From: an uncultured Chloroflexia bacterium
GTDB taxonomy: Bacteria > Chloroflexota > Limnocylindria > Limnocylindrales > CSP1-4
Assembly: GCA_963712745.1 (NCBI GenBank)
Contig: CAVQJC010000011.1
Location: 256,001 to 320,000 of the forward strand
DNA length: 64,000 nt
Direction: 5' to 3'
The position numbers were made by a program, and so were the translations under genes. This document shows positions 31,504 through 42,166 of the stretch, piece by piece. Every line of letters starts with the position of its first letter. Position 1 is the first letter of the stretch. The notes under the pieces are model-generated. The model did not search any database. It was not told where the DNA came from and was given only the letters and a program-made list of their open reading frames with translations.

Positions 31504-33042
31504 TTGCCGGTGATCGCGCAAGCAGAGGGGGCCGGATCGGACGTCACGGGTGACCGGGACGCTGGTCCGGTCCTTTCGCTGGAACACATCTCCAAGACGT
31601 ATCCGGGTACTCGCGCCCTGATCGACGTCAGCTTCGATCTGTCCGCGGGTGAGGTCCACAGCCTCATCGGCGAGAACGGGGCTGGCAAGTCCACCCTCAT
31701 GAAGATCCTGGCCGGGGTCGTGGCCCCCGACGAGGGCAAGATCGTCATCCGGGGTCAGGCGCGGCAGCACCTCACGCCGCGCTCGGCTCTCGACCTCGGT
31801 GTCAGCACCATCTACCAGGACGCGGACATCGTGAGTAGCCTGACCGTGGCCGACAACATCTTCCTCGGCCAGGAGCCGACACGTGGACTGGACGTGGTCG
31901 ACACACGCGCGCAACGGCGCGTCTCAGCCGAGCTCATCGAGGACCTGGGCGTCACCCTGGAGCCCGACAAGCTCGGAGCGGACCTGACGCCGGCCGAACG
32001 CCAGCTGACCATGATCGTGCGGGCACTGCGCTTCTCACCAGCCGTGCTCGTCCTTGACGAACCGACCTCGTCACTAGGTCAGACGGAGACCGAGCATCTC
32101 CTGGGGTTGGTGCGCCGGCTGGCCGCCAAGGGCATCGGCATCATCTACATCTCGCACTACCTCGAGGAGGTGCTGCGGGTCGCGGATCGCATCACCGTGC
32201 TCAAGGATGGCCGACACGTGGATACTCGCCCCGCGCAGGGCAGCACCCCCGATGACCTGGTCCGCCTCATGGTCGGGCGCGACGCCTCTGCCTTCTTCGT
32301 CAAGGAGACCGTGGAGATCGGTGACGTGGCCATGCGTGCCGAAGGCTTCCTTGGGCCCGGCCTCAGTGAGCCGGCGTCGTTCGAGGTGCGGCATGGGGAG
32401 GTCTTGGGATTCGGTGGGCTTGTCGGGGCCGGTCGCACGGAGCTCATGGAACTGCTGTTCGGGGTCTCCAAGGCCACTGCCGGCGAGCTCCACATCGAGG
32501 GCCGGACCTTCAAGCCGCGCAGCCCTCGCGAGGCGGTGGCCGCCGGGCTATCCCTCGTGACCGAAGATCGAGGCGGCTCCGGGCTGCTGCCCGACCGACC
32601 CGTGCGTGAGAACCTGGCTGTCGCGTGGAACGAGCTTCGCGGCATCTTCGTCAAGGGGGAGCGACAGCTGGCAGAGGGCATCGTGGAGCGGCTTGGCGTG
32701 GTGACGCCATCGGTGGAGCAGGAGGTCAGGCGGCTCAGCGGCGGCAACCAGCAAAAGGTCGTGATCGGCCGGTGGCTGGCCGTCGACGCCAAGGTCTACC
32801 TCTTCGACGAACCCACCAAGGGCGTCGATGTCGGCGCAAAGCACGACATCTACGGCCTCATCGCGGAGCTCCTCAAGCAGGGACGCGCGGTGGTCATCGT
32901 GTCATCCGACCTGCCTGAGCTCCTGTCCATCAGCGACAGGATCGCCATCATGCGCCAGGGCCGGATCATCAACACCGTGCCCGCGGCCCGAGCCACGGAG
33001 CAGAGCCTGATGCGCGAGTTCCTGGGAGTGGCGCATGACTGA
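31504..33042 (+). CDS. Sugar ABC ATP-binding protein (RbsA/MglA-like)
   Basis: GENGAGKS, LDEPT, LSGGNQQKV, DEPTKGVDVG. Confidence 0.95.
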   Translation: MPVIAQAEGAGSDVTGDRDAGPVLSLEHISKTYPGTRALIDVSFDLSAGEVHSLIGENGAGKSTLMKILAGVVAPDEGKIVIRGQARQHLTPRSALDLGVSTIYQDADIVSSLTVADNIFLGQEPTRGLDVVDTRAQRRVSAELIEDLGVTLEPDKLGADLTPAERQLTMIVRALRFSPAVLVLDEPTSSLGQTETEHLLGLVRRLAAKGIGIIYISHYLEEVLRVADRITVLKDGRHVDTRPAQGSTPDDLVRLMVGRDASAFFVKETVEIGDVAMRAEGFLGPGLSEPASFEVRHGEVLGFGGLVGAGRTELMELLFGVSKATAGELHIEGRTFKPRSPREAVAAGLSLVTEDRGGSGLLPDRPVRENLAVAWNELRGIFVKGERQLAEGIVERLGVVTPSVEQEVRRLSGGNQQKVVIGRWLAVDAKVYLFDEPTKGVDVGAKHDIYGLIAELLKQGRAVVIVSSDLPELLSISDRIAIMRQGRIINTVPAARATEQSLMREFLGVAHD

Positions 33043-34048
33043 GCCGGTACAGGCCGCGCCGGGCGGGCCGGACCCCATGGCTGGGCGTACCACGCGGCAG
33101 CGCGTCACTCGGTTCGTGGCCGCGAATCAATGGGTGCTGTTGCTGGCGCTGACCATCGTGCTGGGCCTGTTCACGGGCCTCATGAACGAGCGCTTCTTCA
33201 ACCCCCGCAACCTCATCAGCATCCTGGAGCAGTCGTCGGTGCTGGGGCTCGTGGCGGCGGGCGCGACCATCCTCATCATCTCGGGCAACTTCGACATCTC
33301 CGTCGGGGCCATCATCGGACTGTGCGCGGTGGTCATGTCGATGATCGTCCTGGCCGGATACCCCGAAGAGTTGGCGATGCTGGCAGGAGTCGCGGTGGCC
33401 GTGGCCTGCAGTGTCTTCAACGCCGGCGTCTCGCGCCTGTTCCAGGCGCCGACCTTCATCGTGTCACTGGCCACCCTGGGCATCTACACGGGCATCGGAC
33501 TGTGGTTGACCGCCGGCATCATCCAGCTGGTGCCCGACAACTTCACCTTCCTGGCCGGGACGCGCATCGGCGGTACGATCCCGCTCATCTTCCTCATCAG
33601 CCTGGCGGGCTATGTAGCGGTCGGGTTCCTGCTCAAGTACACCCGCATCGGTCGGCGCACCTACGCCGTCGGAGACAATCCCCGTGCGGCCTTCCTGGCC
33701 GGCATCGACGTCTCGCGGACCACGGTGGGCCTGTTTGCCATCAACGGCGTCCTCGTCGGCATCGCGGCCATCGTGCTCATCTCGCGCATCGGCTCAGCAC
33801 TGCCGGACACCGGCGCCGGCCTGGAGCTGCGCGCCATCGGAGCGGTCGTCATCGGGGGTGTACCCATCACCGGCGGTCGTGGCGGCGTAGTCGGGACATT
33901 TTTCGGTGTGTTGCTGTTGGGCGTCATCTCCAACATGCTCAACATGCTGCGCGTGGACCCATTCCTGCAGGACATCGCCTTCGGTCTGCTCATCGTCCTG
34001 GCCATCGGGGTGAGCTGGCTGCGCACACGCGTCGGAGCGGACGGCTAG
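33035..34048 (+). CDS. Sugar ABC permease (RbsC-like)
   Basis: FDISVG, YAVGDNPRAAFLAGI, ELRAIGAVVIGG. Confidence 0.95.
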   Translation: MTEPVQAAPGGPDPMAGRTTRQRVTRFVAANQWVLLLALTIVLGLFTGLMNERFFNPRNLISILEQSSVLGLVAAGATILIISGNFDISVGAIIGLCAVVMSMIVLAGYPEELAMLAGVAVAVACSVFNAGVSRLFQAPTFIVSLATLGIYTGIGLWLTAGIIQLVPDNFTFLAGTRIGGTIPLIFLISLAGYVAVGFLLKYTRIGRRTYAVGDNPRAAFLAGIDVSRTTVGLFAINGVLVGIAAIVLISRIGSALPDTGAGLELRAIGAVVIGGVPITGGRGGVVGTFFGVLLLGVISNMLNMLRVDPFLQDIAFGLLIVLAIGVSWLRTRVGADG

Positions 34049-34151
34049 CGGCCGACCACAGGCCGCCTCATACCCTCATACCCTGTCCACCCCACCGGTT
34101 ACCAAGTAACCATGGCGATACCGGCTGTGCCGGACGCAGGCTCTCGGGGAT

Positions 34152-34736
34152 ATGGACCCCGTCACCCTGAGCCTCGTCCTCGAACGCCGGGCCGAGGAGA
34201 TCCACGAGCCGGAGTTCGCCGCCTACGCCCCACTCGTGAGCTTCGAAGCCTTCCTGCCCGCGGAGCGGGTGTTCGGCTGGGTGCGCCTCGACGCGGATCG
34301 CCTGACCGACCTGCTCAACGTCCATGACCTCATCCGCCTCGCGAACGTGCTCGTCGAGGACCACCGCACCGGCAGGGCTGTTTCGGCCGACGAGACGCTT
34401 ATCCCCCGGTCCGAGATCATCGCAGTCGTCGCCCGCGGCCCACGCGGCGACCCAGCCCGTCGCCGGGCGACTCGGGCTCATGCGGTGGTGTACCGATCAG
34501 GCATGTACAGCATCGGTGGCTTCGTTCACGCCCCGGTCGGCCTGGACGCTCAGGAGCGATTGCAGGACGGGAGTCCGATGATCCCGCTGACCGACGCATG
34601 GGTCGAGTACCGCTGTGGTGAACAGCACCGCTGCCATCGCAGCGACACGGTCATCGTCAACCGTGAGCTGGCGACCACGTTCGAGCTGGCCGGCGAGCCG
34701 ACCGACTTGACGCCGCGAGGGCCACACCAAGCCTGA
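34152..34736 (+). CDS. Hypothetical protein with two similar domains
   Basis: RLTDLLN...IRLANV and GFVH...IPLTDA repeated pattern; coherent codon usage. Confidence 0.65.
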   Translation: MDPVTLSLVLERRAEEIHEPEFAAYAPLVSFEAFLPAERVFGWVRLDADRLTDLLNVHDLIRLANVLVEDHRTGRAVSADETLIPRSEIIAVVARGPRGDPARRRATRAHAVVYRSGMYSIGGFVHAPVGLDAQERLQDGSPMIPLTDAWVEYRCGEQHRCHRSDTVIVNRELATTFELAGEPTDLTPRGPHQA

Positions 34737-35002
34737 CACGCCGTGCTGGCGCGCCATGCCTTCCCGGGCCTACTTCACCTGTGGTAGCCGAGGGCGCGCC
34801 TCCTCCCGATCGATGAGGGCGCGACCATCCGACAGGAGCGCTGTGCGCCGCCTCGCGGGCCTCGGCGAGCGTGCCCGCCGGCGTGAAGCTACCCGCGGCT
34901 GCCGAGCTTACCCGCGGATGGATGACCTCCAGCACTCGACCAGGCTGGGACACCGGTCATGATTCAGACGGAGTCGCAGCCAGCACAGAAGGGGGGACTG
35001 GC

Positions 35003-35825
35003 ATGAGAGACCTGCGCGGCAAGAGCGCCATCGTCACCGGAGCATCCCGCGGCGTCGGAGTGAGCATCGCCCGTGCGCTCGCCTCTGAAGGCGTGAACCT
35101 GGTCCTGACGGCCCGGGCTGCCGACCAGCTCTCTCGGGTGACGGAGCAGATCCGCCGACAGGGAGTGCGCGTTGTGGAGGTCCCGGCCGATGTCACGGTA
35201 GCGGCCGATCGGGCTGCTATCGTGACCGCAGCCGAGCTGCACCTTGGGCAGGTCGACATCCTCGTCAACAACGCCGCCATCATCGAGTGGTCGCGTTTCG
35301 ATGAGGAGGAACCCGAGGACATCAGCCTCATCATCGAGACGAACCTGGTGGCCCCGCTCCTTCTGACTCGAATGGTCCTGCCCGAGATGCTGAGGCGTCG
35401 TTCCGGGCACATCGTCAATCACGGCTCCCTGGCCGGCAAGGTCGCCATCCCCTTCGAAGCCACGTATGACGCCTCCAAGGGCGGGCTGCACCAGTGGGCC
35501 AGCGCGCTCCGACAGGAACTCGAGGGCAGCGGAGTCGGTGTGACCACCATCCTGCCCAGCTATATCACCGAGGTCGGCCAGGCGGCCGACCATGGGGTGG
35601 TCGCGCCCCGGTTGTCCGGGCCGGTGTCTCCCGCCCGGGTCGCGTCTGCGGTCATCGAGGCCGTGCGACGAGATCCACCCGAGATCGATCGTCCGCTCGG
35701 TCCCGACTCGACCCCTGCTCGCGCTCGGCGAGCTCATCCCGGGCTTCGGCGCCAGGGTCATGAAGTCCATGGGCATCGTCGGGCTGCACCGTGGCCTGGC
35801 CGATCGGCGCGAGCGGTCCTTCTGA
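35003..35825 (+). CDS. Short-chain dehydrogenase/reductase; apparent +1 frameshift at 35687
   Basis: TGASRGVG, LVNNAA, YDASK; removing G35687 gives EIIVRS...ELIPGFGARVMK and a stop at 35825. Confidence 0.85.
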
Positions 35826-35918
35826 CCGCACGATCTCGCCATCCCGGGGGGATCACGGGTTCGGCCTGGTCGAAGTCGACCCCGATCGTCGTTTGCCCGC
35901 GGGCGTGCCCCGCTAGGT

Positions 35919-36179
35919 CTAGTTGAGGCCGTCGCCCGCTCCGAAGAGTGCGCCAAGCAGCACGAGCGCGTGGGCGTCGGGGCACATCGCCATCTGTTGC
36001 GCCGCCTTCACCCCTTTCGAGGTGAGCGCGTGCTCCACGGCACCGTCGTCGCCCACCGTGGCCACTACCAGGCCAGCCGTGACGAGCTCGGTGATCAGCT
36101 CGGCGACTCTGATGGCATCGTCGGCCGTGGCCCACGAGCGTCGCGTTGCGCTCCCGTGGATGAGAGTATCGGCTCGCAC
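35919..36179 (-). CDS. Small hypothetical protein, winged-helix-like
   Basis: LITELVTAGLV...ALTSKG wHTH-like signature; start uncertain. Confidence 0.4.
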   Translation of the reverse strand: MRADTLIHGSATRRSWATADDAIRVAELITELVTAGLVVATVGDDGAVEHALTSKGVKAAQQMAMCPDAHALVLLGALFGAGDGLN

Positions 36180-36715
36180 TGCACCCCTCGGCTTCGGGTG
36201 ACGCGGCTCCGGAGTGGACCGCCGCGGTATCACCTCGCCCTTACTTGTAGCAGCGCCGGGCCGATACAGGTAGTGACCGCATCCCCACCGGACCATTGCG
36301 CTCCGCTCAATCGGTTGGTACCAATGGGCTATGAGATAGGACTTCTGGCCATTTCCCAGCCCAGCCGTCCAACAAGAGGGCGCGCTGACTGCACCGGCGA
36401 TCGGCATGGAGCACCAGGCCTCTCGGGGCCTTGAGCTCGCTGCCGGTCATGCTGCCGAAGCCGCTGCAGATGGGCGGAGGACGGGCTGAGCGCCGGGTTG
36501 GGCTGCCTGCTGCGCTGGTGGCCTGGCGATGGCATGCTCAGGAGTGTCGGTGCCAGATCCGTGCACAAACGGCGCGAGGCTCGCGCGTGGCGGTCAAGTT
36601 CGGAAGGAGAGCAGTCGGTGAGGTTTGCCAGTCCCCTGGTAACCGCATTGGCTGACGGTTCGCTTGCTGCCGACTTGGGCCCGTTGTTCCCACCGCTCCT
36701 TGTTGGGCCTGCCTT

Positions 36716-37840
36716 CTACCCCGTCGCTCCCGCCCACGCCCCTCCGAGCATCACGCGTCCCACTCGGAGGTCGTCGTCGAGCTCGACCAAGTCGGCCCGC
36801 TGGCCAGCAGCCAGGCGACCACGATCGGCGATTCCGAGCAAGGTCGTGGGATTGAGTGTGGCGGCGGCCACCGCCTGTGGCAGCGGCACCCCGGAGCGAG
36901 CGAGGTTGCGTACGGCGGTATCCAGGCCGATGACGGAACCGGCCAGGACGTCACTTTCGACGAGTTCACAGCGGTCGCCTTGGACCTCGACCTCGAGACC
37001 GCCCAGCCGACCGCGGCCATTGCCCGTCCCGGCCAAGGAGATGGCGTCAGTGACCAGGAGCAGGCGATTCGCAGGCTTGGTGCGGACGATGAGCGGCCAC
37101 AGTACAGGGTCCACGTGCTGACCATCCGCGATGAGCTCGATGAAGGCGCTGTCGTCGGCCAGGGCCGCTGTGGCCAAGCCCGGGGCGTGGTGGTGAACGC
37201 CGCTCATGGCATTGAAAAGGTGGGTGGTCGACGTGGCTCCCGCGGCGTACGCCTGCGCAGCCTCGTGAGCCGTCGCGCTCGAATGACCCAGCGAAACCAC
37301 GACACCTCGTTCCCGGAGCCACCGGATCAGTTCCACCGCGCCGGGTAGCTCGGGGGCCATGGTCACGATCCGCCAGTCGTCGAGGAGTGGCTCGAGAACG
37401 TCGGCCGAGATGTCAGACGGCGAAATGATGAACTCTGGGTTCTGGGCACCCTTGCGGGCGATGTTGATGAAGGGTCCCTCCAAGTTGAACCCCAGCGCTT
37501 GGGCCCCATCGGCCGGGGCCCGCTTGCGCCAGGTCCGGGCAACCTCAGCGAACAGGTGCAGCGTGGGCAGCGAGGCGGTCACCGCTGTGGGAAGGAAGGC
37601 GGTCACGCCTCGGCGAAGGAGCGCGCGGGCCATACCATCCAGGGCAGCAGGCCCATCCATGGCGTCGTGCCCACCATGGCCGTGTACGTGCACGTCAACG
37701 AGTCCAGGACAGATCAGGGGGCCGGACTCGCCCTCGTCGAGCTCGATGCGTTCGATCGCGTCACCGGACACGACGACTCTTCCGGGTGCTACCTGGTCCT
37801 CCAACACAAGTCGTCCCCGCACCGTCAGGGTTTCAGCCAT
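36716..37840 (-). CDS. nagA: N-acetylglucosamine-6-phosphate deacetylase
   Basis: PGLVDVHVHG, LEGPF, LGHS, HLFNAM, IADGQHV, VTDA, LAGS. Confidence 0.93.
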   Translation of the reverse strand: MAETLTVRGRLVLEDQVAPGRVVVSGDAIERIELDEGESGPLICPGLVDVHVHGHGGHDAMDGPAALDGMARALLRRGVTAFLPTAVTASLPTLHLFAEVARTWRKRAPADGAQALGFNLEGPFINIARKGAQNPEFIISPSDISADVLEPLLDDWRIVTMAPELPGAVELIRWLRERGVVVSLGHSSATAHEAAQAYAAGATSTTHLFNAMSGVHHHAPGLATAALADDSAFIELIADGQHVDPVLWPLIVRTKPANRLLLVTDAISLAGTGNGRGRLGGLEVEVQGDRCELVESDVLAGSVIGLDTAVRNLARSGVPLPQAVAAATLNPTTLLGIADRGRLAAGQRADLVELDDDLRVGRVMLGGAWAGATG

Positions 37841-38071
37841 CCGACCACTCCTCCTGTGTGCTCTGTGGTCCGTCGACGGGCACCCATCCCCCGGGTCGGC
37901 GCATGCCTTGTTCCGACTGCTATCACGGAGTCGGCTGGGCGCGATCTCGAGGGCGGAGGTCGATCCTCCGGACGGTCGGGATCTTCTTCTCCGTACACCC
38001 AGCTGGGAAGGAGACGGCCGCGAACGCCACTGGCGTGTGTGATGGGGTCGCCTGCAGCGAGCTGGTGCGAC

Positions 38072-38854
38072 CTAGCGGCGCAAGTGGACATGGACCTCGT
38101 ATCCCTCACCAACGACCGTTGAAAGCGTCCACTCGACGCGTCGGGCGCCGGCGAACCCCACGCGTTCGACCACGAACACCGGTGAGTTGACAGGGATGCT
38201 CAAGATCCGCGCGGCATCAGGCTCGGCTGTGGCGACACGATACGTCTCGTCCGCGCTGTCGACGTCGAGTGCGTGACGGCTCCGCAGGTACTCATAGAGC
38301 GACCCGCTCGAGGCCAGCGCCGCTTCGACGTCCATACCGAACTCTGCGGGCAGGTACGTGACCTGATGCGCGATGGCATGACCATCGGCCCGACGGATGC
38401 GCTCGATCCGGACGCAGCCTCGACCAGGGTCGAGGTCGATCGGCATCTTGCCGGGCCTCGACAGATGCTCCACGCCAATGAGATCGGAGCTCTGTTTGAG
38501 ACCAAGCTCATGCAGTTCCTCCGAGAACGACGTCAAGCGGCGCGGACCGACCGCGATGGAGCGGGGACGGACGAATGAGCCCCGACCCTGCTCGCGGTGC
38601 AGCAATCCATCGCGCTCGAGCAGATCGAGGGCGTGGCGCACCGTGATCCGGGACGCTCGGTAATCGCGGGAGAGCTGAGCTTCCGTGGGGATCGACGATC
38701 CCACGTCGAACTCCTCGGCCAGGATGCGACGTCTGAGGTCGTCCGCGAGCTGCCGGTACAGCGGCTGTCCATCACGTACCAGCGCCCGGGTCGCGGCCGA
38801 CGAGCCGCTTGCCTGGCGCGGGGCAGGAGGTCTGGTCCGTGAGGGGGTTGCCAT
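38072..38854 (-). CDS. GntR/HutC family regulator with UTRA domain (NagR/DasR-like)
   Basis: PLYRQL...IPTEAQL...SRITVRHAL...QGRGSFV; UTRA C-terminus. Confidence 0.93.
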   Translation of the reverse strand: MATPSRTRPPAPRQASGSSAATRALVRDGQPLYRQLADDLRRRILAEEFDVGSSIPTEAQLSRDYRASRITVRHALDLLERDGLLHREQGRGSFVRPRSIAVGPRRLTSFSEELHELGLKQSSDLIGVEHLSRPGKMPIDLDPGRGCVRIERIRRADGHAIAHQVTYLPAEFGMDVEAALASSGSLYEYLRSRHALDVDSADETYRVATAEPDAARILSIPVNSPVFVVERVGFAGARRVEWTLSTVVGEGYEVHVHLRR

Positions 38855-38855
38855 A

Positions 38856-38869
38856 GTTGTTATGACATC
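38856..38869. promoter_or_regulatory. Putative GntR/HutC operator GTTGTTATGACATC
   Basis: AT-rich near-palindrome abutting the GntR start codon in the divergent promoter. Confidence 0.6.
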
Positions 38870-38955
38870 ATATCATCTGGTAGCATCGTGCGGTCTCACC
38901 GCCCGATGGCCCGGGCGCACGTCCCAGGCTCTCGCAGGAGAAGGAGGAAGTCCGA

Positions 38956-40266
38956 ATGTCCAAGTCCCGAGGCGTAGCCGTCGGTCTGGCTGCGCTGTTT
39001 GCTGTGAGCCTGAGTGGCGCCGCGACAGCGCAGGATGAACCGGTGGAGATCTCGTACCTGACCCATTGGGGCCCTGACCAGGCCGCACAGCTGGAAGCGA
39101 TCGCTGCGGCCTTCAGCGCAGAGAACCCCGACGTGAGCGTCGATATCCGGGCCGTACCGTTCGGCGACCTGTTGACCACCATCAAGACCCAGGCTGCGAG
39201 TCCTGGTGGGCCGACCATCGCCGGTATCTACAACCTGTGGCTACCCGAGCTGGTCCGTGACGGGGTGGCGGCCGCAGCCCCAGACGAGTATGCGTCGGAC
39301 ATCTCCGCCAACTGGCCTGCCGGTGCGGTCGATGGCGCGTCGGTCGATGGCGTGAGCTATGGCTATCCGAACGAGATCAACGCGTACGCACTCAACTACA
39401 ACAAGCGCCTCTTCGAGGAGGCCGGCATCGCGGCTCCCCCGGCGACCTGGGATGAGCTCGTGGATGCCGCCCAGAAGCTCACCGTCAAGGACGGCGACTT
39501 GATCATGCAGCAGGGCTTCGGCCTTATCAACAGCTGGCCTGCTGGCGTCGTGCACCCGTTCTACTCGATGGTCGCCTCTGATGGCGGCGACATCGTCGAC
39601 GGTGTCACACCTACGCTGGACGCCGGCGCGACCGCCGAGACGCTGGCGTTCTACGAGAGCCTTGTGTCCGAGTACGGCGTGACCGCGCCAGAGATGGGCA
39701 CCGCTGATGCCAACACGGCGGGTCCGTTCATGGACAACTTCACCAGCGGCAACACCGCCATGATCATCATGGCCAACTGGTGGCAGAGTGCGCTGAAGGC
39801 GGCCATGGGCGATGCCTTCGCCGACGTCGCGACCGCGCCCATTCCTGTCGGTCCCAACGGTGAGGGGTCCAAGGCTGTCTCCTACGAGTGGCTGACCACC
39901 GTCAATGGTCTGGCCACGCCGGAGCAGCAGGACGCCGCCTGGCGCTTCCTGCAGTACCTCCACGACGCTGCCAGCGGTGCGACCGGTTCGGGAATGGGTG
40001 AGATCCTCATCGGTATGGGCATCATCCCCAGCCGCAGCAGCGATGCTGACGCGTTCGCCGAGCAACTGTCCGGCCCGTTCCTCCAGACCTACGTGGACAG
40101 CCTTGCCACCGCTGTGCCTTTCCCCATGATCCTGGGCGGGCAGGAGCTCAGCGAGATGCTCCAGAAGAAGATCGAAGGCGTGATGTTCGGAGAGCTGAGC
40201 GCAGATGATGCTGCCGCCCAGGCGCAAGCCGAAGCGGAGCAGATCCTGTCCCAGCACTACGAGTAG
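38956..40266 (+). CDS. Carbohydrate ABC (CUT1) substrate-binding protein
   Basis: Signal peptide; YNKRLFEEAGI..PPATWDEL; AGGAGG RBS. Confidence 0.93.
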   Translation: MSKSRGVAVGLAALFAVSLSGAATAQDEPVEISYLTHWGPDQAAQLEAIAAAFSAENPDVSVDIRAVPFGDLLTTIKTQAASPGGPTIAGIYNLWLPELVRDGVAAAAPDEYASDISANWPAGAVDGASVDGVSYGYPNEINAYALNYNKRLFEEAGIAAPPATWDELVDAAQKLTVKDGDLIMQQGFGLINSWPAGVVHPFYSMVASDGGDIVDGVTPTLDAGATAETLAFYESLVSEYGVTAPEMGTADANTAGPFMDNFTSGNTAMIIMANWWQSALKAAMGDAFADVATAPIPVGPNGEGSKAVSYEWLTTVNGLATPEQQDAAWRFLQYLHDAASGATGSGMGEILIGMGIIPSRSSDADAFAEQLSGPFLQTYVDSLATAVPFPMILGGQELSEMLQKKIEGVMFGELSADDAAAQAQAEAEQILSQHYE

Positions 40267-40282
40267 CGAGAACGAATCCGCA

Positions 40283-40344
40283 GGCAGCGCCCTGGTCGTT
40301 GCGCCGGTCACCTGAGACCTGGTGATGACGACCAGGGCGCTGCC
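40283..40344 (+). terminator. Long intercistronic stem-loop after the SBP gene (stabiliser or partial terminator)
   Basis: 17-bp perfect arms GGCAGCGCCCTGGTCGT / ACGACCAGGGCGCTGCC plus inner TCACC/GGTGA. Confidence 0.7.
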
Positions 40345-40400
40345 GCGATGTTGAGCGACCGTCGCGCCTCGGCGCTGACACGGGAGGATCGACTCACACG

Positions 40401-41318
40401 ATGACAGGGCACGCCGGCACGCCGGACGAGCGGCACGGAAGCATCCGCCCGACCTGGCGCACGCCGATCCTGTTCATCGCGCCGGCCGCACTGCTCATCT
40501 TCGCGACGGTACTGACGCCCATCGTGCTTTCAGGCTGGATCAGCCTGCACGAGTGGAGCCTGTTGACGCCGATCACGGACATGGAGTGGGTCGGGCTCGA
40601 CAACTACGCGGCCATCTTTCGCGACGCCTCGTTCACGCGGGCGCTCACCAACACCGCTGTCTTCGCGATCGCCTTCGTGTTGATCGGCATCCCGCTTGCG
40701 CTGGTGATCGCCGTCGTCATCGACGGCAGCGGCGTGCGCGGCGGCCGCGCCGTGCTGGCCGTGATGTTCACCACCTATGTCATCCCCACCGTGGCCGTTG
40801 CGCTGCTGTGGTCATACCTGCTGTCGCCGAGGGGCGGGCCGGTCAACGAGCTGCTGAAGATCATCGGATTGCCCCCGCAGCCATGGCTGGGCTCTCCGCG
40901 GACAGCACTGGCCAGCCTGGTCCTGCTGACCATCTGGCAGTACCTGGGCTACTTCACCACCATCCTGGTCGCCGGCCTGACGCAGATCCCGCGCGAGCTC
41001 AACGAGGCTGCGTCCATCGACGGCTGCGGGCCGGTGACACGACTATTCCGCATCACCATCCCGCTCCTTCGGCGCCCACTGACCTTCGCCATCGCCATCT
41101 GCCTGATCACCGGTCTCGGTGTCTTCGACTCGGTCAACGTGCTGACCCGAGGCGGGCCGGTCGATTCGACCAATGTCGTCACCTTCCACGCTGTCCGCAC
41201 TGCCTTTGACTTCGGGTCGGCGGGCCGCGCGGCAGCGATGACGATGGTGCTCCTGGTCGGCGTAGTGCTGGCGGTCGGGAGCGTCCTCCTGCTCAGCCGC
41301 GATACCCACGACCAATGA
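40401..41318 (+). CDS. Carbohydrate ABC permease (MalF-like)
   Basis: WVGLDNY; EAASIDG EAA motif. Confidence 0.93.
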   Translation: MTGHAGTPDERHGSIRPTWRTPILFIAPAALLIFATVLTPIVLSGWISLHEWSLLTPITDMEWVGLDNYAAIFRDASFTRALTNTAVFAIAFVLIGIPLALVIAVVIDGSGVRGGRAVLAVMFTTYVIPTVAVALLWSYLLSPRGGPVNELLKIIGLPPQPWLGSPRTALASLVLLTIWQYLGYFTTILVAGLTQIPRELNEAASIDGCGPVTRLFRITIPLLRRPLTFAIAICLITGLGVFDSVNVLTRGGPVDSTNVVTFHAVRTAFDFGSAGRAAAMTMVLLVGVVLAVGSVLLLSRDTHDQ

Positions 41319-42163
41319 TTTCGGACCGGTCGATCATCCCTCGACGGTTGCGCAGGCTGCCTGCGGCGGCGGTGCTGTTGGTCACGCTGTTGTTCGCCGG
41401 CTTCCCGCTCTTCTGGCTAGCCTCCAACTCGCTGAAGCTGCCAGAGGAGATCACCGCACTGCCGCCGGTGTGGCTGCCAAGCGAGCCTTCACTGGACGCT
41501 TTCGTCGAGGCGTTCCGGCTGCTGCCTTTGGGCAATGCCTTCCTCAACTCGATGCTGATCGCAGGCATCTCGACGGCCGCGGTCGTGGCCACCAGCACCG
41601 CGGCAGGCTGGGCCTTTGCGGTCTATGAGTTTCGTGGACGCGAGCCGCTGTTCCTGCTGCTGCTGGCCACCATGTTCGTCCCACCGATCGCGACGCTGGT
41701 ACCGCTGTATTGGCTCGTCCAGTCCGCGGGTCTGCTGGATTCGCTGGTAGGGGTTCTGGTACCGCAGTTGGCGAACGCGTTTGGCATCTTCCTGATCCGC
41801 CAGTTCGCTCGCGGGGTGCCCCGTGAACTCCTCGATGCTGCTCGTGTGGACGGCGCATCCGAGTGGCGCATCCTCATGTCCGTGGGCGTTCCGCTGCTAC
41901 GCCCGGCCATCGCTACCCTGGCGATGTTCGCGTTCGTCTTCTACTGGAACGCCTATCTGTGGCCGCTCGTCGTGCTGCAATCGCCCGACCACTTCACCGT
42001 CGTGCTCGTGGTCAATCAGCTGCAGTCCTACACGTCCGCGGTACGGCTATCGAATGTCATCTTCGCCGGCACGCTGATGGCCATCCTGCCCAACATCCTG
42101 CTCTTCATCATCGTCCGGCGGGCCTATTCGGACGCAGGCTTCAGCAGCGCTGTGAAGGGGTAG
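41315..42163 (+). CDS. Carbohydrate ABC permease (MalG-like)
   Basis: ELLDAARVDGAS; WNAYLWPL. Confidence 0.93.
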   Translation: MISDRSIIPRRLRRLPAAAVLLVTLLFAGFPLFWLASNSLKLPEEITALPPVWLPSEPSLDAFVEAFRLLPLGNAFLNSMLIAGISTAAVVATSTAAGWAFAVYEFRGREPLFLLLLATMFVPPIATLVPLYWLVQSAGLLDSLVGVLVPQLANAFGIFLIRQFARGVPRELLDAARVDGASEWRILMSVGVPLLRPAIATLAMFAFVFYWNAYLWPLVVLQSPDHFTVVLVVNQLQSYTSAVRLSNVIFAGTLMAILPNILLFIIVRRAYSDAGFSSAVKG

Positions 42164-42166
42164 CGG

